From: Candidatus Poribacteria bacterium
GTDB taxonomy: Bacteria; Poribacteria; WGA-4E; JAJDTR01
Length of the DNA stretch: 64,000 nucleotides
Reading direction: 5' to 3'
Assembly: GCA_965222225.1 (NCBI GenBank)
Contig: CBDCTK010000002.1
Location: forward strand, 2,784,001 to 2,848,000
Of this stretch, positions 18,601 through 28,685 are shown piece by piece. How positions within the stretch are numbered: the stretch's first letter is position 1; every line of letters starts with the position of its first letter. Made by a program: the position numbers and the translations under genes. The notes beneath the pieces were generated by a model. That model did no database searches. It was given only the letters and a program-made list of their open reading frames with translations, and was not told the origin of the DNA.

Positions 18601-20891
18601 TAACACTGACATTCGCTGATCGTACATCAAGGTCGCAGTGGTGTAACCCACGACTTTGGAACCTTTATCGAGGCACCTCGGTCGGCCCTTATGTTCTCCA
18701 GTCAATGTTGATGGCATTGGAACATTGGCTGTTGGAATTTGCTGAGAATTGCCAGCACCAATTGGATGAATTCCTATTGAGCATCCTTCAACGAAGTGAC
18801 TCTGCCGCCATCACCGCAGTTGTGGCGAGTGTTGCTACAGCTTTTCCTCAGGAGGCATGTGAAACTCTTTTAGTTTTGCTCCGGTGTTGCGAATGCATCC
18901 TACTTGACCGGGAACGCTTCGCAATGGAAGTGCATGCACCCTCGACAGACGCACTACCCCAAATTAATGATAAAGATAGAGTCTATGAAGAGGAACGGAA
19001 ACAATCGGACGCACGTCCTAACCGAAAGTATGATCTTGAAGCTGCAATTTTTCATTTGCAGTTGGGCCCCCTTGCCGTTCGGGTGCATCAAATTCTAGAC
19101 CAGCACCGCGCGGAGTTGCCACCACCGGAAAATCAGAACAGAGAGCACCGAGTTTGGCGTATGGCGCTCAACCGGATGGACTCCCGATGCCACACAGTCT
19201 CGGAGCATGTAGAAGAAAACTCTACCAATTCTGATGACCATACGTCTCCCGAAGACGACAGACGTTATATTCGCTTGGATCCGAATGAACCTGAACCCGA
19301 CCTTAGAGAAATGATGGATCAAAGCAATGTACAAATGCAAATCATGAACGCAAGAGCGGGTCTTCTGATGTGGGGAATCAATGCCTTCGACAGCGGGGAG
19401 GAAAATGCACAAGATACTTCGCAGTGGCGACAGAGATTGCGCGAAGCTAGGAGTACTGCCGTCGAGGATAATGATGCCGAGGAGGACAGACTGTTCCGAG
19501 AAGCTCCCGGTTTCGTTGCTAGTGTTTGCGTTCGAGATTACTGGGAGGAGATGTCGGTGGAGGAGCAAGCTTGGTGTTTTAACACTATATGTTCCGTGTT
19601 GGAGCGCGATGACAATCAGCATACCGATATGGCGTACTCACAGCTGAGCAGCATGTCTGCGGGTCGTCCGTGCGCTTGGGTGTTGCCTCTTCTTTTTGGG
19701 GTACTCCTCTCAGGGCCACAGCAAATCCGTGCAAAGCAGACACTTGCAATCGCCTTGACACACCCAGTTCGCGAACTCCGTCGATATGTGGCGTCAAGCA
19801 TAGGTACAAACTTGTGGAAAATAAATCGAGATTTAGCTTTTCGCTGCGTGAATGCATTAGCAATAGAAGCTATGCTGATGCAACACGAGGTTGATGCTAA
19901 TTCGACACTTCCGTACACAGAGAGATGCCAGATAGACGATATCGCAATGAGGGTTTTTTCCATTGTTCGAGAACGGTTTGACGAAGCGATCGGTATTCCT
20001 AACGATGCATTTCGGCAATTTGACCCCACTCGAGGGTTCGGAGCAGGGGCCAACAATCAAATCCTGACAATCTTGGGACAGGTTCCCTCCGAGCCTTTAG
20101 CGATCATGGCATTTGAACAACTCGCCCACACACTCGTTGGCTGGTGGAACGATGCCGAGCAGCAGAGCGGGCGGGAAGGGCCTAGACACGAGAGAAACTA
20201 CGACTTAGAATCTGTCCTAGAAAGACACCTAGGGAGTTTCTTGCTCCGAACCTCATTGTCAAATGTCGAGAATATCCTGCAACCCATTCTACAAGCCATT
20301 GATCGTAATCCAAAGGAGGTTCACAGGTTAGTTCGAGATCTGGTCAGCGTTGAAGATCGTCAACCAAATACCCCTCAATTCTGGTCAATCTGGAATCTAT
20401 TCGCAGATAGTATACGTCGTGCTCAGTGGATTTCGCGAATTGATGATGAGCACGCAAGTGGAACCGAAATGATTTCGGTTATTTTCCTTGGACCATGGTG
20501 GAAGGAAGAAGTACGTCACTGGCGTAGCCTAGAGGGCTACGTGGGAAGCATCCACTCACTATTTGAAGATTTGCCATTTTCTGCGACGGTGTTAGACGAA
20601 TACGTTCGGTTTCTTTTCCAAATCGGCGAACAATCACTCCCCGATGCATTCATCCGTATTGCGAACAAACTTAATCAAGAAAGTTCCTCTTCGATAGCAA
20701 AAAGAGAGAATCTCATCTTTCACCTTGAGGTCCTTCTCCAGTCTTATGTATACTGGCGTCCCTTGGAACTCAAACATCGTCACAATCTCCGAGAGGCAGT
20801 TCTCTTCCTGCTCGACCTGCTTGTAGAAAACGGTTCATCCGCTGCTTACCGGATGCGAGACGATTTCGTGACCCCTGTTCCACCTAACTGA
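15648..20891 (+). CDS. Avs4-like (AVAST) STAND NTPase with N-terminal PD-(D/E)xK-type (D...QxK) nuclease; start may be ~15801
   Basis: N-term TGGAG.FFE...TDDFLV...GQVKRT; Walker A GPAGSGKS; LVLTCRDY; PAHDVMEDWA; LWNLYRG...LQSMLMALEHWL...SAAITAVVAS; C-term LDLLVENGSSAAYRMRD, recalled as Avs4-like. Confidence 0.78.
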   Translation: MRGVTTENLVFIIRDAHNLVSSSEQYAMRFDEVERPDAIGESEPTEQLTSSMSPVPSPAATGGAGTFFEQHVDAYWLGLLLVRAIPPILIDCTLEHVHLQTRHLGWQTDDFLVMGKNESGQQQKLAGQVKRTFTVSARDAECKKTIKAFWKDFKNTQQFSSDSDRFVLVTLRGTNNLLVHFSGLLDCARASQDGTDFEYRMALPNFINRKSVQYCNDIRKIVSEIEDRNVSITDIWSFLRVMHVLSLDLNSATGQAEATIKSLLAHATSEPDAVGVADATWNALLRVVSEGMPGGRSYRREDLPEELINRHRPIADTEHSVLQSLSNHSALILDGIRSTIGSFHLERHHLVQQVIEHLESAQVILISGPAGSGKSVVAKDVLRTVRDDYFTFSFRAEEFARAHLDETLQAVQISANAATIGAILAGQDRKVLLVESVERLLEKPTRNAFVDLLSLVKKDRSWCLVLTCRDYSTNLVQSAFLGHESVAHPVVAVPPLDDEELEEIKEAYPSLAYPLTNTPLRRVLNNPYLLDKALQIEWSVERPLPHSEQEFRKLFWREIVRADHRRTGGMPSLRENAFVEVALRRARALTMYVACEGLDSEIVEALRHDSLIVYSQESNSLLAPAHDVMEDWAILHWIQKLYLKHEGSLWELSAAIGTFPAVRRTYRKWATELVESSPDASDRMFQDIVTESGIPSHFRDDTLVSLLDSSSSATFFERHAAELLANDNQFLRQVIRILRVACLTAPAWLGSLASPASVMNVPEGPAWASVLHLIQTHLSSFTQKDNYLLLGLIQDWARSVNWQNPYPEGAEAAATIAHWLLPFFPSYSSREEHKIILQIIARIPKANAHCFDGLLQECREREIQGIGPDHLLQIIFADVHGMPLVRDMPDLAISAAKDYLLCSEPSLQSQWVYERHLELEPLFGIKKNRHFGFFPASALHGPFLPLLQHHPYQGVDFIVEVFNHSADWYAHPRLEYGNVERPFEITLTFADRTSRSQWCNPRLWNLYRGTSVGPYVLQSMLMALEHWLLEFAENCQHQLDEFLLSILQRSDSAAITAVVASVATAFPQEACETLLVLLRCCECILLDRERFAMEVHAPSTDALPQINDKDRVYEEERKQSDARPNRKYDLEAAIFHLQLGPLAVRVHQILDQHRAELPPPENQNREHRVWRMALNRMDSRCHTVSEHVEENSTNSDDHTSPEDDRRYIRLDPNEPEPDLREMMDQSNVQMQIMNARAGLLMWGINAFDSGEENAQDTSQWRQRLREARSTAVEDNDAEEDRLFREAPGFVASVCVRDYWEEMSVEEQAWCFNTICSVLERDDNQHTDMAYSQLSSMSAGRPCAWVLPLLFGVLLSGPQQIRAKQTLAIALTHPVRELRRYVASSIGTNLWKINRDLAFRCVNALAIEAMLMQHEVDANSTLPYTERCQIDDIAMRVFSIVRERFDEAIGIPNDAFRQFDPTRGFGAGANNQILTILGQVPSEPLAIMAFEQLAHTLVGWWNDAEQQSGREGPRHERNYDLESVLERHLGSFLLRTSLSNVENILQPILQAIDRNPKEVHRLVRDLVSVEDRQPNTPQFWSIWNLFADSIRRAQWISRIDDEHASGTEMISVIFLGPWWKEEVRHWRSLEGYVGSIHSLFEDLPFSATVLDEYVRFLFQIGEQSLPDAFIRIANKLNQESSSSIAKRENLIFHLEVLLQSYVYWRPLELKHRHNLREAVLFLLDLLVENGSSAAYRMRDDFVTPVPPN

Positions 20892-20990
20892 TGCCAAATG
20901 TAATTGTTCCTCCCTTGAAACATAAGATTAACTTCACAGACAGCTCGTGCTAAATCTACCATACCAAGAAAGAATAAGGAGCAGACCACG

Positions 20991-22109
20991 ATGAAACCCG
21001 AAAAAGCACTCGCCGCCGCCGCCGCCCGCGGCGACCTCGACACCATGCGCGACATGATCAACGAGGACAAGACGCTCGCGGCACACTGGCAGCCAATAAT
21101 GGACGCCTGCTACGTCGGACAGGCGGACGCCGTAGCGCTTCTGTTGGAGAACGGCGCCGATCCGAACATCAAATCCAAGTCGGCGCACCACTACCGTCCC
21201 TTGCATCGCACCGTAGAATTCAAAAAGACGGCGCCCAAGCACGACGGTCACCATCAAGTCGTCGATCTGCTGCTCAATGCCGGCGCCGACCCGTTGATGC
21301 CCGGCAGCTACTGGCTCATCAGTGCCATTGCCCTGTGCGCCACCGGCGATTCCGCCGAATTTCTGCCGGCGCTGCTGAAGAAAGCGACCAATCAGCATGA
21401 CATCTTCCACGCCGCTGTCCTCGGCGATGCCGAGCGCGTGAATGCTCTATTGAAAGCCGACCCGTCTCTAGCGAAGGCTCACCACGAAGGCACTAAACTC
21501 TGGACGGACGACGATGGCTGGACACCGCTAAACTACTGTGTGCGCTCGCATGTAGGAAAGTACGGCGAGGAGACGAGCAAAGGGCTGGTACAGATTGCGC
21601 GGACGCTAATTGACCACGGCGCCGACATGGGAGGTTGTGTCGATCAAGCCATCTACAGCAACAACATGGAGGTCTTCGAAATGCTCCTCAAGGCCGGGGG
21701 GACTTGTGCCGACGACGACACCATCAATCACGCCGCCTGTGATGGGCAGTTTGACGCCTTGGAGCTGCTGTTGGCGTACGGAGGCAAACTCGACGGCACC
21801 CGCGGCACCGAGCATCACGGCGTGTACACCCCGCTCGGCTGCGCCGTTTCCTGTCACAGCATCAAGGGTGCAAAATGGCTGCTTGAGAAGGGGCAGGATC
21901 CCAACACAATCAAGAGCAAAGACGGAGAGAACTGCCTGCACGTGGCGGTGCATTTCGGCGCCAGCGACAAAATGCTGCAGTTGCTGCTTGATCGTGGCGC
22001 CAAGATTAATCAGAAGGATAAGCAGGGACGGACGCCTCTCGCCAGAGCGCACGAGAAGGACCACACGAAAGCCATCGCATTCCTCGAAGCTGCGGGATCC
22101 CAAGCCTAA
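20991..22109 (+). CDS. Ankyrin-repeat protein
   Basis: Multiple LLENGADPN / GWTPL / GENCLHVA / GRTPL repeats; AAGGAG RBS. Confidence 0.9.
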   Translation: MKPEKALAAAAARGDLDTMRDMINEDKTLAAHWQPIMDACYVGQADAVALLLENGADPNIKSKSAHHYRPLHRTVEFKKTAPKHDGHHQVVDLLLNAGADPLMPGSYWLISAIALCATGDSAEFLPALLKKATNQHDIFHAAVLGDAERVNALLKADPSLAKAHHEGTKLWTDDDGWTPLNYCVRSHVGKYGEETSKGLVQIARTLIDHGADMGGCVDQAIYSNNMEVFEMLLKAGGTCADDDTINHAACDGQFDALELLLAYGGKLDGTRGTEHHGVYTPLGCAVSCHSIKGAKWLLEKGQDPNTIKSKDGENCLHVAVHFGASDKMLQLLLDRGAKINQKDKQGRTPLARAHEKDHTKAIAFLEAAGSQA

Positions 22110-22227
22110 CCATCCCTGAAACGCCCGGATTTTCACACACTTAGTTATGTATTACGCATTACGTATTATCGTTTTGACGTACGCCATTAAATGGGTTGGA
22201 ATCGTCCCATGAACATCGGAGTGAATT

Positions 22228-22611
22228 ATGAAAATCAATCTCGCCAGCATCTTCGTAGACGACCAAGAAAAGGCTCTCAAATTCTATGTTGAGGTACTAG
22301 GCTTTGTTAAGAAACAGGATGTGCCGGTAGGAGAATTCAAGTGGCTTACCGTGGTCTCTCCCGATGGCCCGGACGATATTGAGCTACTGCTTGAACCCAA
22401 CAATAATCCCGCAGCCAAGACCTACCAAAAGGCAATCTTTGAGCAGGGGATACCCCACACCGCGTTTGCCGTGGACGATATCCATAAAGAGTACGAGCGA
22501 CTGAAAGACCGGGGCGTCGTATTCACGATGGAGCCAACCGAATCAGGCCCGGCGATCCTGGCGATCTTCAACGACACCTGCGGCAACCTGATACAGCTCT
22601 ATCAGGTCTAA
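22228..22611 (+). CDS. VOC/glyoxalase family protein
   Basis: SIFVDDQEKALKFY...WLTVVSPDG...DTCGNLIQL. Confidence 0.9.
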   Translation: MKINLASIFVDDQEKALKFYVEVLGFVKKQDVPVGEFKWLTVVSPDGPDDIELLLEPNNNPAAKTYQKAIFEQGIPHTAFAVDDIHKEYERLKDRGVVFTMEPTESGPAILAIFNDTCGNLIQLYQV

Positions 22612-22683
22612 GCCAACGAATTGTCGCGAGTACAACTCGCTCCTACAGAAGACGTGATCTCCCCGGCGATGCAATTTTATGCC

Positions 22684-22712
22684 TTGACAACTATACGCGT
22701 GTATAGTATAGT
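22684..22712 (+). promoter_or_regulatory. sigma70 promoter with a palindromic operator in the spacer; probably leaderless transcript
   Basis: TTGACA-N17-TATAGT; ACTATAC-GCGT-GTATAGT palindrome at 22690-22707; ATG 7 nt after the -10. Confidence 0.7.
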
Positions 22713-22718
22713 TAAGGC

Positions 22719-23498
22719 ATGGCACATTCCCACTTAACCATAGAGGAGACCGGCGCGCGTTCGGTTCTAATGCCCCAAGACGGCCCCCCTGTCACGCAGT
22801 ACACGCTCAACCCGTACAGCGGCTGCGGCATGGGATGTAGCTACTGCTACGTCATGAAATACCCTCATGTCCGCGAGAATCCTCTGCCTTGGGGTACTTG
22901 GGTTCAGCCGAAGATGAACGCCCCCTTCCTCTTGGGAAAGGCGCGCGCCAAGATTTGGGGACGCGGAATTTTTATCGGGTCTGCCACCGATCCGTATCAA
23001 TACATCGAACGCCAATACCGTTTGACCCGGCGCTGCTTGAAAGTCCTGCTGGAAAGCAATCCGAAAAGCGTTGTGATTCATACGCGCAGCCACGTCATCT
23101 TGGATGACCTTGAGTTATTGCGGGAATTCGGGAATCGCCTGCGTGTGGGATTCTCCGTGCCCACCGACGACGATCGCGTACGGCGCAAACTCGAGCCGCA
23201 CGCCCCGCGGATTGAAGTGCGTCTCAAGACCATGCGGCGCCTTCGGGACGCGGGCATCACGGTGCAGGGAGCGTTAGCCCCGCTGCTCTACTGTCAGCCA
23301 AGCCGTTTCGTACGACTGCTCAAAGACGCCGCCGATCAGGTTTACATGGGGGAGATGCGTTACTTGGACAAAACCGCCATACGCCAGATGAAACAAGCCA
23401 GAGCCTATTTCGGCAGCACGGCATACGAGGAATTGCAAGACGAAATGAGACAGTGTCTCATCAATGAGGGGTTACTGAAGGATTATAACGGTGAATAA
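22719..23498 (+). CDS. Radical SAM protein, spore-photoproduct-lyase-like DNA repair family
   Basis: LNPYSGCGMGCSYCY, IGSATDPYQ..E, LEP.AP....RL. Confidence 0.85.
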   Translation: MAHSHLTIEETGARSVLMPQDGPPVTQYTLNPYSGCGMGCSYCYVMKYPHVRENPLPWGTWVQPKMNAPFLLGKARAKIWGRGIFIGSATDPYQYIERQYRLTRRCLKVLLESNPKSVVIHTRSHVILDDLELLREFGNRLRVGFSVPTDDDRVRRKLEPHAPRIEVRLKTMRRLRDAGITVQGALAPLLYCQPSRFVRLLKDAADQVYMGEMRYLDKTAIRQMKQARAYFGSTAYEELQDEMRQCLINEGLLKDYNGE

Positions 23499-23502
23499 CA
23501 AA

Positions 23503-23990
23503 CTTGTAGGGTGGGCATTGCCCACCGTTTTTACTTACCGTCCACCGATTGTCTCTTGACGTGCCTGCCCACCTTTCGCCCCTCCGGGGCTTTTTCAAAT
23601 TTATCGGTATTGCCAGCTTTACACCTGTCGCACCGTTGGTGCTTTAATAGTCATTGCAGCTAAGAATTACACATATAGGATTTACGCGGTTCGGTTTGTA
23701 GTAGCGATCAACCGAACGGATAGTGAGGGATCGAGGGAATGGGTAATGACCGCGATAGAGTTCCCATAGAAATCCCATTATCGCGCGTCTTCCGTGGAAG
23801 CGACCTGTGCTCGCGACCGGGAGATCGCTCCTACAGTGGAGCCATCGTTACAATCTTTAAATCGCCAAGTGTGTGTAAATATGAATGACTATAGAAATTG
23901 GTACGCAATCTTGTAGGGTGGGCACTGCCCACCATTTTTACTTACCCTCCACCGATTCTCTCTTAACATCCCCGTCCACCGTTTCACCCT
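23503..23990. repeat. Composite repeat block: ~78-bp direct repeats flanking REPs, a MITE-like unit and nested 35-bp elements
   Basis: CTTGTAGGGTGGGCA(T/C)TGCCCACC.TTTTTACTTACC... at 23503 and 23910; ATAGTCATT...AATGACTAT at ~23648-23893; elements at 23706-23776. Confidence 0.75.
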
Positions 23991-24121
23991 ATCGACACAA
24001 TCGTCCACACAGCAACTGCGGAAACGTCCATTGACGCGCTCTCGATAGGCGTGCTATATTACAATCCCAACGCACCCTCACCCAAAATCCAATCTATCCA
24101 TCAAACCGATGTTAGTGCCTC

Positions 24122-24829
24122 ATGCCAAACTTCCAGACCTTTAGCACAGCACACCTTATTGTATTGGGGTTGACACTCGGCGTGCCGATTCTGCTTGCGG
24201 CAATCGCCCAACGCAGAGCAGCCACCGTAATCGGCTATCTTCTGGCTAGCGTGCTCCTGACCAACGAAGTAACCAACTGGTGCTACCGGTTCGCCGAGTT
24301 TAGTCTTTCCGATTTCATCCGAAACCACCTTCCCCTTCACGCCTGCGGCATTGCAGTGCTCGCGACGGCTGCAGCGCTCCTCTTTCGCAACCAGCGGGCA
24401 TACGAAATCGCCTACTTCTGGGGTTTGGTCGGTTCCTCAAATGCGGTCATTACCCCGTCATTGGGCGTAGAAGAGGGATTTCCATCATACCGTTTCTTCC
24501 AGTATTTCGTTGCACATTCTGGAATCGTCGTAGGTGTCCTATTCGCGACTTGGGGCTTGCGGATGCGCCCGAAACTTGGCGGTCTCTTCCGTGCCTTTGT
24601 CTGCCTAAACCTCTTTGCCCTGGGCGTCGGGGTATTCAACGTCGTTATGGGATCGAATTACATGTTTCTCTGCGAACCTCCCCAGACAGCCTCTCCCTTC
24701 TTCTTCGCGCCTTGGCCCTGGTATATTCCCATACTAGACCTAGTCGCGTTCGGAATGTTCTTCGCCGTCTTCTCCCCGTTTCTTGTATCCATGTGGTGGT
24801 CAACCCGCAAATCAGCCGGCCCAGCGTGA
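24122..24829 (+). CDS. TIGR02206/YwaF-like integral membrane protein
   Basis: LPLHAC, YFWG, YFVAH, NYMFL, PWPWYI; multiple TM helices. Confidence 0.85.
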   Translation: MPNFQTFSTAHLIVLGLTLGVPILLAAIAQRRAATVIGYLLASVLLTNEVTNWCYRFAEFSLSDFIRNHLPLHACGIAVLATAAALLFRNQRAYEIAYFWGLVGSSNAVITPSLGVEEGFPSYRFFQYFVAHSGIVVGVLFATWGLRMRPKLGGLFRAFVCLNLFALGVGVFNVVMGSNYMFLCEPPQTASPFFFAPWPWYIPILDLVAFGMFFAVFSPFLVSMWWSTRKSAGPA

Positions 24830-25086
24830 AGAATCAGTCTAATCGCCATCGCTGACCGCGTCGTCCGTCCATACGGGGTTCCTCGCGTCTGTCTTTCACG
24901 CATTACGCTGTTCGTTTACGCTGTTCGTGCCATCAAAAAAGATGTGACACCTGCGTAAAAATCTGATATAATAAATTGGCGCGTATGTTGCCAACACATG
25001 GGTAAGAACGCACCAGAACTTTGCGAGGGACGGAATCCACGTAAGCCTGTTTCCCAATAGCCCAAACAGCATAATCAGGAAAATTA

Positions 25087-25653
25087 ATGGTATTATCAGA
25101 TCGGGACATCGAACGCTACTTGGAGAAAGGCAAAATCAAGATTACACCCGCGCCGAACCTCCAAGAACAGCTTGGATCGTGTTCGATCGATTTCAGGCTG
25201 GGCAACATCTTCCGTGTATTTGAACACAGCAGGCACCCCCACATAGACCTACGCGCGGCGACCGACATGGGCGATCTGATGCGCAAGGTCGAAGTGCCGG
25301 ATGGCGAGGCGTTCACGATGCAACCCGGCGAGTTCGTGTTAGCCGCGACGTTGGAGCATTTTGAGTTGGCTGACGATCTGATGGCGCGCTTGGAAGGACG
25401 AAGCAGCCTCGGGCGGCTTGGCATTATAGTTCACAGCACCGCCGGACTGTTTGATCCGGGTTGGGTAGGAACGGCAACCCTGGAACTTGGTAACCTTGGG
25501 CGGATGCCCGTCACACTGTATCCCGGTATGCGGATATGCGCGTTCACCTTTGAACCCCTATCTTCGCCGGCAAAAGTGCCTTATCGACTGAAACCGGACA
25601 ACAAATATGCGGGGCAGATTGAGCCGGAAACAAGCCGCTTTGAACGATTCTAA
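25087..25653 (+). CDS. dcd: dCTP deaminase
   Basis: LSDRDI, SIDFRLG, EGRSSLGRLG, TAG.FDPG, KYAGQ. Confidence 0.95.
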   Translation: MVLSDRDIERYLEKGKIKITPAPNLQEQLGSCSIDFRLGNIFRVFEHSRHPHIDLRAATDMGDLMRKVEVPDGEAFTMQPGEFVLAATLEHFELADDLMARLEGRSSLGRLGIIVHSTAGLFDPGWVGTATLELGNLGRMPVTLYPGMRICAFTFEPLSSPAKVPYRLKPDNKYAGQIEPETSRFERF

Positions 25654-25708
25654 GCCCATCGAACCGGCACCGCCCAGGTTCCACTGCAATAATCGCATAA
25701 GCGGCAAA

Positions 25709-25748
25709 TGCTAGAATCTTCAGCATTTTTATGCTCAATAATTGGGCA
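25709..25748. promoter_or_regulatory. Two NtrC-type enhancer sites (TGC-N11-GCA)
   Basis: TGCTAGAATCTTCAGCA (25709-25725) and TGCTCAATAATTGGGCA (25732-25748), ~140-180 bp upstream of the sigma54 promoter. Confidence 0.65.
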
Positions 25749-25887
25749 ACAATCTGACCCGGTATGGCTGCCTCCGTAGATGAGGCACAGCCAAGCGGCT
25801 CCGGAATTTATCTCTAGCGTATAGTGAAGGTCGGAATAGCCGTCCCACTGCGAGATTTTTCCTGTGCCAGTAACTCTACTAATATTG

Positions 25888-25903
25888 TTGGCATATCCTT
25901 TGC
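25888..25903 (+). promoter_or_regulatory. sigma54 (-24/-12) promoter of glnA
   Basis: TTGGCATATCCTTTGC = GG-N10-GC. Confidence 0.75.
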
Positions 25904-26231
25904 GCTGCGTTGGAGTCGCAAATATATTTGAATAAATCTAATGCAAGTTAATTTTGAACACTTTGGAGGTACGGAGGTAGTTAATCTCGTTATTTCGTTA
26001 ATCGCGGTTTCTTGTGAAGTACGGTTACGAGTTTTACCAGTGAATCCCATTCCGGCTTAAGGAATTCATAGATTTTGACTTACCCACTTTGGTCTGAATT
26101 GACTCGCGCGAGTCGTTTTTAAGTTTACGCATGCAGCTTGTCTCATGTTGGTTACAAAGTAGACACGTCAACACCATACTGCAGCAGTTCATCGTGTTTC
26201 TTGTTGAGGAGGATGTTGAGGAGGATAACGT

Positions 26232-27647
26232 ATGACACCAAGTGATGTAGTTGCACTTGCTAAGGAGAAAGAGGTTAAGATTGTCGACTTCAAGTTCATG
26301 GATTTGCCGGGGATGTGGCAACACTTTTCTATTCCGGCAACAGAACTTAAAGAGGACATGTTTGAAGAGGGGCTCGGTTTCGACGGTTCGAGTATTCGCG
26401 GCTTTCAAGCGATTAACGAAAGCGACATGTTGCTGTTCCCCGATCCCGCAACCGCAATCGTCGACCCGGTCTGCGGAATTCCCACACTGAGCATCATCTG
26501 CAACATCAAGGACCCGATTACGCTCGAAAGTTATACGCGCGATGTGCGGCATATCGCTCAGAAAGCGGAAGCGTACCTGATTTCGACGGGGATTGCCGAT
26601 ACGAGCTACTGGGGACCGGAAGCCGAATTCTTCCTATTCAGCGATGTCCGTTATGGCCAAAACCAGCATTCAGGCTACTATTTTGTCGATTCGACAGAGG
26701 GTAGCTGGAATACCGGCACCGATGAGGGACCAAACCTCGGCCATAAACCCCGCTACAAGGAAGGGTATTTCCCTGTGCCGCCATCGGATTCAATGCAGGA
26801 CATTCGATCCGAGATGATGCTCAAAATGATCGAAAGCGGCGTTGATGTGGAAGTCCACCACCACGAGGTAGGCACCGGCGGGCAGGCTGAGATCGATCTC
26901 CGTTTTGACACGATGACGCGAATCGGAGACAAGATGGCACTGTATAAGTACATCATTAAGAACGTGGCGCGCGCCCACAATCTGACGGCGACCTTCATGC
27001 CGAAACCCCTCTTCCAAGACAACGGGTCGGGCATGCACGTACACCAGAGTTTGTGGAAAAACGGGAAGAACATATTCTATGATCCGCAGGGGTATGCGCT
27101 TCTGAGTGAGGACGCACTATACTACATTGGCGGCTTGCTGAAACACGCGCCATCGCTCTGCGCGATTATCGCACCCACGACCAACTCCTACAAGCGGCTG
27201 GTGCCGGGTTATGAAGCTCCGGTAAATATCGCATATTCGCAGAGAAACCGTAGCGCCTGCGTGCGTATTCCTGTTTACTCTAAGAGTGAAAAGGGGAAGC
27301 GGGTGGAATTCCGTACGCCGGATCCCTCCTGTAATCCATATCTCGCCTGTAGCGCGCTGCTCATGGCGGGCCTCGACGGTATCCAGAACAAGATTCACCC
27401 CGGCGATCCGCTTGATAGAGACTTGTATGATCTTGAGCCGGAGGAGCTGGATTCAATCGATTCCACTCCGGCATCCTTGGCGGAGTCGCTTGACGCTTTG
27501 GAGGACGACCACGAATATCTGCTCAAGGGGGATGTAATTACTCAAGATGTAATTGATACGTGGATAGACTACAAGCGCGAAAACGAGGTCGATGCGGTCA
27601 ATGTACGTCCGCATCCACACGAGTTCCATCTCTACTACGATATTTAA
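26232..27647 (+). CDS. glnA: Glutamine synthetase type I
   Basis: [19 protein letters not shown]...[15 protein letters not shown] adenylylation motif. Confidence 0.97.
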   Translation: MTPSDVVALAKEKEVKIVDFKFMDLPGMWQHFSIPATELKEDMFEEGLGFDGSSIRGFQAINESDMLLFPDPATAIVDPVCGIPTLSIICNIKDPITLESYTRDVRHIAQKAEAYLISTGIADTSYWGPEAEFFLFSDVRYGQNQHSGYYFVDSTEGSWNTGTDEGPNLGHKPRYKEGYFPVPPSDSMQDIRSEMMLKMIESGVDVEVHHHEVGTGGQAEIDLRFDTMTRIGDKMALYKYIIKNVARAHNLTATFMPKPLFQDNGSGMHVHQSLWKNGKNIFYDPQGYALLSEDALYYIGGLLKHAPSLCAIIAPTTNSYKRLVPGYEAPVNIAYSQRNRSACVRIPVYSKSEKGKRVEFRTPDPSCNPYLACSALLMAGLDGIQNKIHPGDPLDRDLYDLEPEELDSIDSTPASLAESLDALEDDHEYLLKGDVITQDVIDTWIDYKRENEVDAVNVRPHPHEFHLYYDI

Positions 27648-28085
<438 letters not shown>

Positions 28086-28314
28086 TCGCACGGCGCGCAC
28101 ATTTCCGCATTTGATAACGCATAGATTGTGACAACTATGATTGTTTAGGCGTACAACTGAGCGGATAGCGAAGGCGATAGCAATCCTACTCACTATACTA
28201 TTCCCTTGATCCTACAGCGAGAAACCGCGTCCTGCTCGCAGTCCGAAATCTTTAACTACCGGATGTTAAAAGCATGGTAGTTCGGTGTCGAACTGCACCA
28301 TCTCCGCCAGAAAC

Positions 28315-28365
28315 AAAAAAGGGAGGGACTATCACCTAATCTCCGGTGACAGTTCCTCCCTTTTC
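28315..28365. terminator. Bidirectional intrinsic terminator between glnB and tRNA-Leu
   Basis: A6-GGGAGGGACTATCACC...GGTGACAGTTCCTCCC-T4 hairpin. Confidence 0.7.
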
Positions 28366-28367
28366 TA

Positions 28368-28450
28368 TGCCCCCGACTGGACTCGAACCAGCATGCCCGT
28401 TAAGGCACAGGCCCTCAACCTGCCGTGTATACCAATTCCACCACAGGGGC
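28368..28450 (-). tRNA. tRNA-Leu (anticodon GAG)
   Basis: GCCCCTG-TGGTGGAATTGGTATACAC-GGCAGGTT GAG GGCCTGT-long variable arm-GGTTCGAGTCC-CGGGGGCA; CCA not encoded. Confidence 0.95.
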
Positions 28451-28463
28451 GTCAAACATTTTA

Positions 28464-28493
28464 ATTATACCGACCCCCAAACGTTGTTGTCAA
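28464..28493 (-). promoter_or_regulatory. sigma70 promoter of tRNA-Leu
   Basis: TTGACA-N18-TATAAT on the minus strand. Confidence 0.75.
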
Positions 28494-28685
28494 GGATTAT
28501 TGGAAGTTCACACTTACCATCACGCATTAGGCGTTGCTCCCCGCTTTTTTAAGGTATTTAACATAAAAAACTTGCGTAGGACACCTCCCTGTGATATCAT
28601 ATCCTTGCCAAGAGATGGAGGATAACCGGCATAAATCGAAGTCGATTATAGACATTATAGACCTTGAAGCGCCTACCGCAACGCC

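Noticed and set aside
24976-24991. sigma54-like TTGGCGCGTATGTTGC upstream of dcd
   Set aside because: It overlaps the start region of a good sigma70 promoter (GTGACA-N17-TATAAT) and no enhancer sites are seen; could be chance.
28368-28450. tRNA-anchored genomic island
   Set aside because: Flanked by housekeeping genes; no integrase or duplicated tRNA 3' end seen.
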